DNA of 64,000 nucleotides, from assembly GCA_944320495.1 (NCBI GenBank), contig CALUHR010000009.1:79645-143644 (forward strand), in the 5' to 3' direction. Position 1 is the first letter of the stretch, and each line of letters begins with the position of its first letter. Of the stretch, positions 50,042 through 60,668 are shown in pieces. The position numbers and the translations under genes were made by a program. This DNA comes from Candidatus Methanomethylophilaceae archaeon. Lineage in GTDB: Archaea > Thermoplasmatota > Thermoplasmata > Methanomassiliicoccales > Methanomethylophilaceae. Below the pieces are notes generated by a model that saw nothing but the letters and a program-made list of their open reading frames with translations, was not told where the DNA came from and made no database searches.

Positions 50042-50827
50042 ATGAAGACTGGGATTCTTATTGGCGGGCACGGTTCGACGATGTCGTTCAACAAGGGCGT
50101 GCTCGATATGCAGGCCGACAGACTGAGGGCGAAGGGCTACGACAACGTCTACGTGGGGTTCAACGAGACCTCCTTCCCGTCGCTGGCCGAGGCGGCCACC
50201 GAGATGGTCAGGGACGGATACGACCGCATCGTCATCCTCCCGTTCTTCGTCGCATCCGGCCTACACATCACCAGGGACTTCCCCATGAAGCACTTCGGGC
50301 TCCCGAGGGACGCCACGGACGGCGTCTGGGAGTGCGAGGGCAGGGAGGTCGCCATCCACATCGAGCAGCCCTTCGGCGACGAGCCCCTCCTCGGGGAGAT
50401 CCTGGCGGAGAGGGTCGAGGAGCTCCGCACGCCCGGGAAGAGAACGGCCATCATCGTCATGGGTCACGGCTCGAGGCTGGAGTACAACAGGAACGTGGTC
50501 AACCTCAACGCGGACAGGCTCAGGGCCAAGGGCTACGACATGGTGTACATAGGGTTCAACGAGTTCGACGAGCCCAAGATCGAGGACGTCATACCCGGGA
50601 TCATCGACGACGGCGCCGAGGAGATCATCGCCCTGCCGCTGTTCATCTCGCTCGGCAAGCATCTGACCATGGACGTACCCGCGAAGCTCGGCATCGAGAA
50701 CTTCTCGGACGGCGGGATCGTCCACCGCGACGGGAGGGACGTCGAGGTCAAGTACGCCCAGCCCGTCGGCGCCGACCCCAGGCTCTGCGACGTGCTCGTG
50801 GAGAAGCTCCGGAGGCTCGGACTGCGA
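50042..50827 (+). CDS. cfbA: Tandem-domain CbiX/CfbA sirohydrochlorin chelatase
   Basis: Two CbiX halves ([17 protein letters not shown]; [18 protein letters not shown]); ends CTG CGA TGA. Confidence 0.82.
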
Positions 50828-52038
50828 TGAGGGCCCTCGTTCTCGACATGACGCACGGAGGGAACCTCATCGCCAGGAGGCTGCTGGCGGAGGGGTACGA
50901 GGTCGACTGCGTCGACGTCTATCACAACTGCCCCACTGACAGGAAAGAGGACCTCGAGGAGTACGGCATCAGGGTCATGGAGGGCTCTCCCGCCGAGAGG
51001 TACGACCTGGCCACCATGCCCGCGCACTGCCCCGTCTCGTTCATGGGAGGTGCGGAGGCCGCGGAGACGATCACGTTCAGCCAGGCGGTGAACCGCCTGA
51101 TAGACGACAGGAGATTCAGGATAGAGGTCACCGGGGTCAAGGGGAAGACCAGCGCCTGCTACCTGATAGCGGAGATCCTCCACAACTCCGGCAGGAAGGT
51201 GCTCCTGCACTCGAGCAGAGGAGAGGGCCCGATGACCGACGGAGGCCACAGGATAGACCGCCAGGTCAGCATCGCGCCGCCCTACCTCATGACCCTCGCC
51301 GCAGGGGCGTACGACGCCATCGTGTGCGAGGTGTCCCTCGGAGGGTCCGGGAAGGCCGACATCGCGCTCATCACCAACCTCGCGGAGGACTACGGGATCG
51401 CGAAGAACACGCTGCGCGCATCGTACGCGAAGAAGGACATCCTCTCCGACGGCATCGACATCGTGCCCGAGGAGGAGGTCGGGTTCTGGTCGCAGTGGCA
51501 TGACGGCGTCAGAGGATACCGCAGGAGGGTCGTCAGGCTGTCCGAGCCCAGGCTCGGGGAGGGGCTCAGGGTCTCCGTGGATTACGACGGCGTCTCTGAG
51601 ATCGTCCTGGACCCGTCCTACGTGGCGACCGAGTACCTCGGGGCCATGGATGCGGCCCTGGAGGTGGCCGAGGCCATGGGGATCCCCAAGGACGTGGTGC
51701 TCGACACGCTCAGGAGGTTCAAAGGGGTCCCCGGGAGGGGAGAGATCCTCCGCGAGGGGGAGACGGTCGTCGTCCGCGAGAGGAACCCCGGCATATCAGC
51801 GCTCTCCGTGGAGCGCACCATGGCCTGTCTGGACGAGATGCGCGCGTTGGACGGCGCCCTCGTGCTGCTGGATCCGGTGAGCCGCAAGGTCTGCGACAAG
51901 ATGGATGCAGACGGCATCCGCGCCATCGCCGAGAGGTACGGGGTCCCGATCATCGTGACCAACGGGGACGGGACGCGCCCGGAGATCCCAGTGGGCACCA
52001 GGCTTCTTGTGGAGCTGATCAAGGAGGCCTACCAGTGA
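50827..52038 (+). CDS. cfbE: Coenzyme F430 synthase (Mur ligase family)
   Basis: LDMTHGG, EVTGVKGKT, EVSLGG, RNPG. Confidence 0.85.
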   Translation: MRALVLDMTHGGNLIARRLLAEGYEVDCVDVYHNCPTDRKEDLEEYGIRVMEGSPAERYDLATMPAHCPVSFMGGAEAAETITFSQAVNRLIDDRRFRIEVTGVKGKTSACYLIAEILHNSGRKVLLHSSRGEGPMTDGGHRIDRQVSIAPPYLMTLAAGAYDAIVCEVSLGGSGKADIALITNLAEDYGIAKNTLRASYAKKDILSDGIDIVPEEEVGFWSQWHDGVRGYRRRVVRLSEPRLGEGLRVSVDYDGVSEIVLDPSYVATEYLGAMDAALEVAEAMGIPKDVVLDTLRRFKGVPGRGEILREGETVVVRERNPGISALSVERTMACLDEMRALDGALVLLDPVSRKVCDKMDADGIRAIAERYGVPIIVTNGDGTRPEIPVGTRLLVELIKEAYQ

Positions 52039-53105
52039 GGACGGTCATCCATCCCCGCCCGAGCCCGATCGTCGCGGCGATGTACACCCTGCGCGACATG
52101 GACGTCGACGTCATCGTCGTGCACGGCCCGGCCGGATGCAGCTTCATGGCGTCCCGCCCGCTGGAGGACGCCGACATCAGGGTGGTGACCTCCGCCATGA
52201 GGGACAGCGACCTCATCTTCGGGGCGTCGGACCAGCTCGTGGACACCCTGAGGCAGGTGGAGGAGAGGTTCCATCCCTCCACCGTCGCCGTCATAGGAAC
52301 ATGTGCGAGCATGATCATCGGCGAGGACATGGGCAGCTCCATCAGGAAGGCGGGGATAGACGCGAACGTCTTCCCCGTGGACGTCCACGCCTGCATGGGC
52401 GACAACACCCGCGGGGCCATCAAGGCCCTGGAGGCCGGCAGGGACGCGGGGATCATCGACCCCGAAGAATGCGACCGCCAGATATCGCTGATGAAGGCCG
52501 CCACGCGTCTCGAGAAGAACGTGGGGATGGCCTCCAAGGACTACATCCGCCCGGCCACCAGCCCGACCAAGATGCACGTGTGCAGGCGCATAATGGACGT
52601 GCTCTCGTCCGGAGGCAGGGTCGCCGTGGTGATGGACGCCAAGAAGGAGCTCGCATACCGCTTCGCGGACATGTTCGAGGCGGTGGACCGCGCCAGGGGG
52701 AGGCTCGGAGGCGAGACGCTGTTCGTGGCGAACCTGGACGGGTCCAAGGGACTGCCGAGGATCAGGGGCTACTGCAGCGAGATCCTCTCGGACCTGGGAT
52801 CAAAAGGCGTCTCCATCGACGAGATCGTCGGAGGGCTCGACGAGTACTCCGTCGTCGGCGAGGAGATGCGCTCCAGGATCGATGCGTTCTCACCCGACCT
52901 CACCATCGTCCTCGGGATATGCCATGCGATCCCGGGGATCTCCGCCGACGACATCCTGATCACGGACCAGCCGAGGCAGCTGGCCAACTACCTCAACATG
53001 GGATGCGAGTGGGCGGTCGGGGAGATATCGTCCCATACGATGGTCATGGGAGCCCATTCGATCGTCCCGATGGAGACGGCCGACACCCTGAGGGAGATGC
53101 TGTGA
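52035..53105 (+). CDS. cfbD: Ni-sirohydrochlorin a,c-diamide reductive cyclase catalytic subunit
   Basis: HPRPSPIVAAMYTLRD, HGPAGC, GTCASMIIGED, AKKELAY. Confidence 0.92.
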   Translation: MRTVIHPRPSPIVAAMYTLRDMDVDVIVVHGPAGCSFMASRPLEDADIRVVTSAMRDSDLIFGASDQLVDTLRQVEERFHPSTVAVIGTCASMIIGEDMGSSIRKAGIDANVFPVDVHACMGDNTRGAIKALEAGRDAGIIDPEECDRQISLMKAATRLEKNVGMASKDYIRPATSPTKMHVCRRIMDVLSSGGRVAVVMDAKKELAYRFADMFEAVDRARGRLGGETLFVANLDGSKGLPRIRGYCSEILSDLGSKGVSIDEIVGGLDEYSVVGEEMRSRIDAFSPDLTIVLGICHAIPGISADDILITDQPRQLANYLNMGCEWAVGEISSHTMVMGAHSIVPMETADTLREML

Positions 53106-54445
53106 GAGGTGTCGTCATAGCCGGCACCGGCAGCGGGGTCGGCAAGACTTCCATCGCGACGGGGCTGATGTCCCGTCTCTCCAAGGTCCGCAGGGTCCAG
53201 GCCTTCAAGGCCGGTCCAGATTTCATAGACCCGATGTACCACACGGCGGCCACCGGCAGGCCGTGCAGGAACCTGGACTCGTTCCTGATGGACGACGACA
53301 CGCTGAGGAACCTGGCGGGATACGCCTCGCGCGACGCCGACCTCTGCGTGGTGGAGGGTGTCCGCGGTCTGTACGAGGGCTTCTCCGGCGACGGCGACAT
53401 CGGGTCCACGGCGTACACCGCCAAGCTGCTGGGGTTCCCGGTGATCCTCGTGGTGGACGCACGCTCTCTCACGCGCAGCGCGGCCGCCGTCGTGAGGGGG
53501 TTCAGGTCGTTCGACCCCGACGTCAGGATCGCGGGCGTGATCCTCAACAACGTCTCCGGGGAGCAGCATGCGGGGAAGCTCCGCACGGCGTTCGAGACCT
53601 ACTGTTCGGACGTCAGGCTCGTCGGGATGATACCGAAGAGCCCGGGGAAGGCCCTTGAGCAAAGGTACCTCGGGCTCCGCACGCTCAGGACGTTCGCCGA
53701 GCGCGAGATAACGCCGCTCCAGGAGCTCACAGAGCCGATAGACCTGGACGCGGTCCTCGACATAGCGGAATCCGTGGACGTCGACCTTCCGGACGGGTCC
53801 CCGTATGCGGAGAGGGACTGCGGCCTGAGGGCGGCCGTCCCCATGGACGAGGCGTTCTGCTTCTACTACTGCGAGAACATCGAGTGCCTGGAGGCCTCCG
53901 GATTCAGGGTGGAGACCTTCCGCCCGACGGACGGGGATCCCCTCCCGGACGCGGACCTGTACTATCTCGGCGGGGGATATCCCGAGCTCCACGCCTCCGA
54001 CATATCGGCGAACAGGGATTTCCTGGAGGGTCTGGGCACCGCTGCCGCCGACGGGAAGGCGATAATAGGCGAATGCGGCGGTCTCATGGCGATGTGCCGC
54101 TCCATCGAGGACAAGGACGGGAACGTCCACCCGATGTCCGGGGTCTTCGATGCCGAGGCGAGGATGACCGGCGTCCGTCACGGACCGACGTACGTCGTGG
54201 CCGAGGCGACAAAGGGCAATCCGATGTTCGCCGGGACGGTCCGCGGGCACGAGTACCACTATTCGGACGTCTTCCCCTCGGAGGATGCCAGTTTCGGGTT
54301 CGAGGTCCACAGGGGACGGGGTATCGCGGGCTGTCGGGACGGTCTCGTCAGAGGCAATGCCATAGGCTCCTACATGCACCAGCACGCCCTCTCGGAGAGG
54401 GACTGGATCGGCACGGCGGTCGAACGCATCGTAAACGGCCGTCGA
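53102..54445 (+). CDS. cfbB: Ni-sirohydrochlorin a,c-diamide synthase
   Basis: SGVGKT, FKAGPDFIDP, EGVRGLYEG, GGYPE, GHEYHY, GSYMHQH; ends RIVNGR-CGA; standard-code end 54508. Confidence 0.88.
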
Positions 54446-54483
54446 GGCGTCACCGCAAATACCCGTAAGGCGATTCGCCGTCC

Positions 54484-55458
54484 ATGGGTACCTACACGCT
54501 GCGCGTAGTGAGAGCGGACGACCACGACGTCACAGCGGATTCGGCGGTCTCGGAGCGCGTCCTCGCAGCCGTGGACTCCCTTTTCGGGGAGATATGCCGC
54601 AACATCGTGTCCGGCGAGCTGAGGCTCCAGGGCGAGGTCCCGGAGGACCTCTACGCCGATGTGCGCGTCCTGGACGACCGCGACCTGGCCGCTGATGCCC
54701 GTCGGATGATGGACGGGACCTTGGGCTATCTGGGAGGCGGAATCCATGGGACGTGGATGGACGACACCTTCCCCGACGTCGTCGGCAGGAAGAGGGTCGC
54801 CGCCCGTGTGCTGGACGTGGCATCCGCACTCGACGGATGCGTCCTCGTCCACGGTGTCGAGGGCGAGGAGGGCGTGTTCTCCGGTGTGGACACCGTGTGG
54901 GTGAGGGGGATGGCCAATGCCGTGGTCCGCGCCACCAACGGGGGGCTCATGGGCCTGGTCGTGAGGGATCCGGTCAGGAGGGACCGCTGGGCCCTCATGC
55001 GCGACGACGGCCCCGTCCCGCTGATTTTCAAACCAGGTACCTCGAGGTACGACATCGAGGACTACGCGGCGGCCGGTCCGGTCATTGTGACGGGGACGGT
55101 CATCAGGGACGATGACGACAGCGTGGTCGAGATCCGCACGATCGAGAACTGCTACACCTTCCCTGGCGTCGTGTTCCTCCGCGGCATAGGGGCCGGCAGG
55201 GATCTCGGGCTCGTATCGGCGCTGGAGGCCGTGCCTTCCTACTACCAGCGCGGGAGGAGGTGGCATCTGAGGAACCAGGACCTCGGGATCGAGGCCGAGG
55301 GGGACACGTGGGACTCGTGCGTCATGGACTTCCACCGCAGGTTCCTGGACCAGTGGCACTCCCATTCCGACGGTACGGCGGAGGTCAATGCGAGGATACG
55401 CGGGATGCTGGATGCCATGCACCCGTTCCCCCGGGAGGCCGACCAGGCGTCACATTAA
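54484..55458 (+). CDS. Hypothetical protein
   Basis: 324 aa, host codon usage, TAA stop; the C-terminal LGIEAEGDTWD segment is weakly HicB-like. Confidence 0.65.
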   Translation: MGTYTLRVVRADDHDVTADSAVSERVLAAVDSLFGEICRNIVSGELRLQGEVPEDLYADVRVLDDRDLAADARRMMDGTLGYLGGGIHGTWMDDTFPDVVGRKRVAARVLDVASALDGCVLVHGVEGEEGVFSGVDTVWVRGMANAVVRATNGGLMGLVVRDPVRRDRWALMRDDGPVPLIFKPGTSRYDIEDYAAAGPVIVTGTVIRDDDDSVVEIRTIENCYTFPGVVFLRGIGAGRDLGLVSALEAVPSYYQRGRRWHLRNQDLGIEAEGDTWDSCVMDFHRRFLDQWHSHSDGTAEVNARIRGMLDAMHPFPREADQASH

Positions 55459-55483
55459 ATACGATGCTTGTGTGCCAGTCTGC

Positions 55484-55567
55484 ATGAAAGCCAAGAACGT
55501 CAGTCTGATGGCTGGGGCGGCGGTCGTCGTAGCGGCTTGCCTGCTCTTCTCCTGGGTCTACCTCTGA
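55484..55567 (+). CDS. Small single-TM peptide (27 aa)
   Basis: MKAKNVSLMAGAAVVVAACLLFSWVYL-TGA, with TTAAATA upstream; below the track length cutoff. Confidence 0.35.
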   Translation: MKAKNVSLMAGAAVVVAACLLFSWVYL

Positions 55568-55601
55568 TCCAGAACACGGGGCTGTCCCCGTGATTCCCCG
55601 A

Positions 55602-55865
55602 TCGGCGCAGAAGATGCCCGATCGCCATCACGGGAAGGCGGACGATGATCTGGGGGCCGCTGTATCTCATCAACGTCCCCCTGCGGTCTCGCATCTCCCA
55701 GCGGTAGCGGTGCCTCTCGCATCTGTCACAGCGCGGTACTCCCCCTCCCCCCGAAGGGACACGAGACAATTCTGGGCATGGCGTCGTCGAACCTTGCACG
55801 CTTTCGCAGCGCATTCACACCATCCACCCAATGGTGTCCCTCTCCCTGTCAAGGATGCCGCTCAT
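55602..55865 (-). pseudogene. Decayed YgbA (nitrous oxide-stimulated promoter family) gene
   Basis: MSGILDRERDTIGWMV* ...PCPEL...CDRCERH...MRYSGP...AIGHLL; internal TGA, and the conserved CPFG appears in another frame. Confidence 0.6.
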
Positions 55866-55918
55866 GGTCCGGTCGGTGGTAGGATATCGAAGGCTGATCG
55901 GTCGTTCGGACAGCGGGA

Positions 55919-56548
55919 TCGCTCGCCGCCGAGACCCTTGTAGTACGAGCCGTACGTGTAGAGGGCTCCGACGGGGTTGTGGGCCAGGACCCTGTCCTTG
56001 GTCACCAGGGTAGTGACGGGGGCCTCCGAGTTCCTGTAGAACAGGCTGTCGTGGCCGACGCAGAGGCCGACGAGGATGTTCAGGTCCGTCTTCTGGGCGT
56101 TGAGCATCTTCGCCTGCAGGACAGGGTTGCAGGTGTAGTAGCCGACATCGCAGCACTCCTCCCCGATCCCCACGTCCTCCTTGGGGACCATACCGGCCTT
56201 GCACGAGATGCCGAAGACCTCGAACCCGTTGCTCCTGAGTATGGACGCCAGGGTCCTGGACTCCGAGATCAGGCCGATGCAGGTCGCTATCCCGATCCTG
56301 CGGTATCCCATGCGCCTGGCGAACTCCATGGTCTCCCTGACGCGGCACCAGCGCATGTACCCCTCGTGCTCCACCTCGGCGGCCGCCTTTAGGATCCTGC
56401 CCTCCTCCGTGTCCCCGTAATGCTCCAGGGCCTCGCTCCTGAGGTCCTCGGGCATGGAGTCCGTGAGGCAGAACTGGGGGCGCTTCCCTCCGACGATGTC
56501 GCATCCCTTCATCGCGCAGTCTACGCATGAGCGCTGGTTCTCGGACAT
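55919..56548 (-). CDS. DUF1847 family Cys-rich protein
   Basis: GIATCIGL, CKAG, CNPVLQA, GLCVGHDSLF, KDRVLAHNP; ends YYKGLGGE-CGA; standard-code end 55862. Confidence 0.85.
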
Positions 56549-56599
56549 GGATCGAGAATCGTCACGGCAGGTATAAGGATGACACTCCGATGCGGGGTC

Positions 56600-57175
56600 A
56601 TGGACCCAGAGACCAGGGCGTACTACGACGGGAACTCCCGCGGCTATTCCGATTCCACCATGGGCAACGACCTGTCGGACACGATGTCGCGTTTCCTAGG
56701 ACATATGCGCCAGGGCGGCCGCATCCTCGATCTGGGCTGCGGTTCCGGAAGGGACACGAAGACGCTGATGTCCAAGGGCTACGACGTGGTCCCGGTGGAC
56801 GGGTCCGAGGGAATGTGTCGCGTGGCCTCCGAGAACCTGGGGATGCCAGTCAGGAGGCTGGACTTCTCCGATCTCGACTACGTGAAGGAGTTCGACGGTG
56901 TCTGGGCCTGCGCATCCCTGCTGCACGTGCCGTCCGCGGAGCTCCCGCGCACCATCATGCTCATCCACCGCTCCCTTCGTTCGGACGGTGTGCTGTTCGC
57001 CAACTTCAAGGAGGGCGTCTACGGCGGGATGAGGGACGGGCGCCACTACACCGACATGACCGAGGGGAGGCTCGCCGAGCTGCTGGAGTCCAAGGGCATG
57101 GTGCCCATAGAGATATGGACGTCGGTAGATCCAAGGGGCGTCCGCTGGACAAACTCCGTGTCCAGGAAGGCATGA
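56600..57175 (+). CDS. Class I SAM-dependent methyltransferase
   Basis: ILDLGCGSGRD, DGVWACASLLH, SFK-like NFKEG; the track start 56579 has CGA at codon 4. Confidence 0.85.
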   Translation: MDPETRAYYDGNSRGYSDSTMGNDLSDTMSRFLGHMRQGGRILDLGCGSGRDTKTLMSKGYDVVPVDGSEGMCRVASENLGMPVRRLDFSDLDYVKEFDGVWACASLLHVPSAELPRTIMLIHRSLRSDGVLFANFKEGVYGGMRDGRHYTDMTEGRLAELLESKGMVPIEIWTSVDPRGVRWTNSVSRKA

Positions 57176-57235
57176 CCCCTCCCGTATCGGTGAGGCCGGC
57201 GGACCATTATTATCGTGCGAGGCCATGACCTCCGC

Positions 57236-58039
57236 ATGGCATTCGATGGAAGGGCGGGAATCGTCGACATCGACGAGGATGAGAGGACCGTCATTTTCGA
57301 CACCTACAGGCTCAAGAAGATCACCGGCACGAGGGTCGCTCCGATCCTGGGGATGAGCGACTTCGCCACTCCCTTCAAAGTGGCCTGCGAGATGGCCGGC
57401 CTGTATCCCGGAGACAAGCCGAACAAGTACATCGAGGCAGGGAACATCCTCGAGCCCGTGATCCGCGGGTACGTCGCCAAGGGCTGCGACGCCCTCGTGA
57501 GGCCCCAGCTCGGCATCCCCGCCGGGGAGAGGATCGGCGTCGAGGAGCCGGTCGAGAAGGAGCTCTGCGGGTACGACCACTTCCACAACGAGCCGATCTT
57601 CGGAGGCATGGTGGACGGGTACATCGTGGTCGAGGGGAGGCGCTCGGCAATCCTCGAGATCAAGACCGCCTCCGACCGCACCAAGTGGGAGGACGGGGAG
57701 GGCGGTTACACCAACGTCCCGATGAACTACATGCTCCAGGCGTCCCTGTACGCGAAGCTGTCCAATCTGGACAAGATCGTCTTCGCCGTCGGATTCCTGG
57801 AGGAGCCCGACTACGACCGCCCCAAGCAGTGGGTACCCGCCCCGGAGAACACGTACATCGTCGTCAAGGACAGGCTGGACATGGACGACTACATGCAGAG
57901 ATGCGTGGACTGGTACAACGAGTACATGAAGGGCGGCTACACGCCGGAATGGTCCGACTCCGAGGACGACCAGATGGTCCTCAAGTACCTCAAGGCCTAC
58001 AAGCCCGGTCAGAACAAGAAGAGGAACGGGAGGCGCCGA
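57236..58039 (+). CDS. YqaJ-like PD-(D/E)XK nuclease
   Basis: ITGTRVAPILGMSDF.TP, GGMVDG, ILEIKT, Y.LQ..LY; ends KKRNGRR-CGA 2 nt before the next ATG; standard-code end 58135. Confidence 0.78.
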
Positions 58040-58041
58040 GG

Positions 58042-58545
58042 ATGGACGCGATCTTCACGAGGAGGAGCGTCAGGGACTTCACCGACGAGAGGGTCTCCGA
58101 GCGGGACATCGAGAAGCTGCTCGACGCCGCCATGAGCGCCCCCTCGGCGAGGAACCAGCAGGCCTGGGAGTTCGTCGTCGTGGACGATCCGGAGGTCATC
58201 GGCACCCTGTCCGAGGCCTCCCCGTACGCCAAGACCGTCGGGAGGGCACCGCTCTGCATCGTGCCGCTGGGAGTGTCCGAGGACATGACGGTCCCCCAGA
58301 TGTGGCAGCAGGACATGGGCGCGGCGACCGAGAACATCCTGCTCATGGCCGCGTCCCTCGGTCTCGGGACGTGCTGGATCGGCATCGCACCGATCGAGGA
58401 GAGGATGGACGCCGTCCGCAGGGCCGTGGGCTGTCCCCAGGACAGGCTCCCGTTCTGCCTCATAGCGGTGGGGCATCCTAAGCAGCCCCTGGAGGAGCGC
58501 CCTGGCCGCATGATGCCGGACAGGGTGCACCGCAACAGGTACCGA
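58042..58545 (+). CDS. Nitroreductase family protein
   Basis: IFTRRSVRDF, APSARNQQAWEF, LGLGTCWIG; ends RVHRNRY-CGA; standard-code end TAG 58560. Confidence 0.9.
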
Positions 58546-58547
58546 CG

Positions 58548-59675
58548 TCGGAGCAGGTAGTATACGGCAGCCAGGAGGACCACCATCAGGACGTTGGTGG
58601 CCGTGAACAGTGCCAGATATACCTTCATGTCCGCACCCTCCGTGCGGGCGTAGAATCCGAGGGAGATCATGCTGGCCATGGAGGCTATCGGCGTCCCGAA
58701 GCCTCCTATGTCGACCCCGACCAGCAGGCCCTGCCAGTCCCCGGTGAATCCGGACAGCAGGGTCGCGGCCGGGACGTTGCTGATGACCTGGCTCATCGCG
58801 AGGGACGTCATCATCGGATCCCACGACATCATGCCCTCAAGGGTCCCCCTCACCACGTCGAGCTGGGCGATGTTGCCGGTGAAGACGAACAGGCATACGA
58901 ATGTCAGGAGCAGACCGTAGTCCACACCCTTCAGGATCGAGCGCCTGGTCACGACTATCGCGGCAACCGTGACCAGCAGCACGGCCTCCCAGGGGATCAC
59001 GCGCAGGACGCAGAGGACGCACAGCACGAACAGCACGCCCATCAGTGCCAGCAGTCCGCGGTTCCTCACGTCGCGTTCCCTGCTTATGTCCACGTGGACC
59101 TCCCTGCCACTGAAGGGCAGGCACATGGCGCAGAGGACCAGCCCGCCCACGACGACGTAGGGTGCCAGCAGGAGGACGAACTCGCCCGTGTCCAGAGCGT
59201 AGCGGGAGTGGATGTACAGGTTCTGGGGGTTCCCGAACGGGAGGAGCATGCTGCCGAGGTTCGCGGCGAGGGTCTGGAGGACGACGACCGGGAGGATGCT
59301 GCGCGTCTCGCCCGCCATCCCCAGCACGAGTATCGTGAACGGCACGAACGTGATGAGGGCGACGTCGTTGGTGATCAGCATCGAGCAGAAGAACGGCAGC
59401 ATGACGAGGATCAGGCTGAGCATCCGCAGGCTGCGCCTGCCCGCGAGCAGTCTCCCCGCCAGGGCGCCGAAGAGGTGGCACTCCTTCATGCCGGCGACCA
59501 CCGCCATGAAGCAGAACAGGATGCCGAGCGTGCGGACGTCGATGTATCCGATGTAATCGGACGACGGCGGGACGATCGCCATGGAGGCCACCGCCAGCAC
59601 GGCCGAAGTCACAAGGACGACGTTGCGGTGCAGGAATGCCGACACCCTCGTGCGTGCGTCCTCCGTTCCGTCCAT
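58548..59675 (-). CDS. SLC13/ArsB-NhaD family anion permease
   Basis: SMLITNDVAL, ANLGSMLLPFGNPQNL, SQVISNVPA, GGFGTPIASMAS; ends VYYLL-CGA; standard-code end 57990. Confidence 0.85.
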
Positions 59676-59764
59676 GCCCGCAGTCAGAATGAGGCCCGTA
59701 TATCATGGTTGGGCGGACGGACCTCTTATCTACGAGGTGGTGCATCCCTGTTCACGGTGTTAAC

Positions 59765-59944
59765 ATGACCGTCAAGGACGATGTCATCAAAGCCATGAAG
59801 GATGCCGGCAAGCCCATGAGCGCCGGCGAGGTCGAGAAGGCCACGGGCATCGACAGGAAGGAGATCGACAAGGCGTTCAAGGAGCTCAAGGCCGAGGGCG
59901 CCATAGTGTCCCCCGTCAGGTGCAAGTGGGAGCCCGCCCAGTGA
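59765..59944 (+). CDS. Small winged-helix protein (59 aa)
   Basis: KPMSAGEVEKATGIDRKEIDKAFKELKAEG.I.SP.RC.W. Confidence 0.75.
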   Translation: MTVKDDVIKAMKDAGKPMSAGEVEKATGIDRKEIDKAFKELKAEGAIVSPVRCKWEPAQ

Positions 59945-59981
59945 TTCCATGGCCCGGGCGACCCCCGGGTCTGAAACATCT

Positions 59982-60668
59982 TCACAGATTCTTCAGCGAG
60001 CGTCTCCTGATCTCGGACATCAGCAGGCTCGTCACCGGTATCCTGCCGGAGCGCAGGGACCTCTCCAGGAGCCTCCGGAGATCACTATCGGAGACCATGC
60101 CCGTCCCGATTATCTCGGACAGCCCCGGGCAGTCCCCGTCGGACACAGCCTGCTCCGCGCCGGGCATTATGCGGTCGGATACGAAGCGCTCGTAGCGCTC
60201 CCTGTTGGCGTCCGTCAGCCCCACGGGGTCGGAGAGCCTGTTAATCGCCATCTCCGGCGTGAGCCCCAGGTACATCGAGAGGATCGCCTCGTCGAACTCG
60301 GGGAAGCTCATGGGCGTGTTGGCGATGAAGAGGAAGCTGAAGTCTCTCCCGCCCTCCCTGCACTCGACCTCGCAGTCGCTGTAGCTCCTGAGCTTTAGGC
60401 GGCAGAACGCCTCCAGCTCCCCGCGGTACTCTATTCTGGAGATCCCGCTGCTGCCTTCCAGAGTCTCGGGCGATGCGCGAACCACCGTCCCGGGGATCAC
60501 GAGCGTCCTTCCGCTGACGCCGGGGCTCTGTGCCAGGATACGCTCGCCAAGGGAGACGACCGGCATCCCGTCGATCTCCTTGGGGATCTCCATCCTCCTG
60601 TCCGTCCCGGACATCCTGGTGATCTCCACCCCGCCCTCCGCGGGCGCATGATCGAACCTCATGGTCAT
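59982..60668 (-). CDS. BspA/LRR-cap-like protein associated with MoxR-vWA
   Basis: N-terminal EIPKEIDGMPVVSLG (BspA cap-like); ATGA coupling to the MoxR gene. Confidence 0.55.
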   Translation of the reverse strand: MTMRFDHAPAEGGVEITRMSGTDRRMEIPKEIDGMPVVSLGERILAQSPGVSGRTLVIPGTVVRASPETLEGSSGISRIEYRGELEAFCRLKLRSYSDCEVECREGGRDFSFLFIANTPMSFPEFDEAILSMYLGLTPEMAINRLSDPVGLTDANRERYERFVSDRIMPGAEQAVSDGDCPGLSEIIGTGMVSDSDLRRLLERSLRSGRIPVTSLLMSEIRRRSLKNL

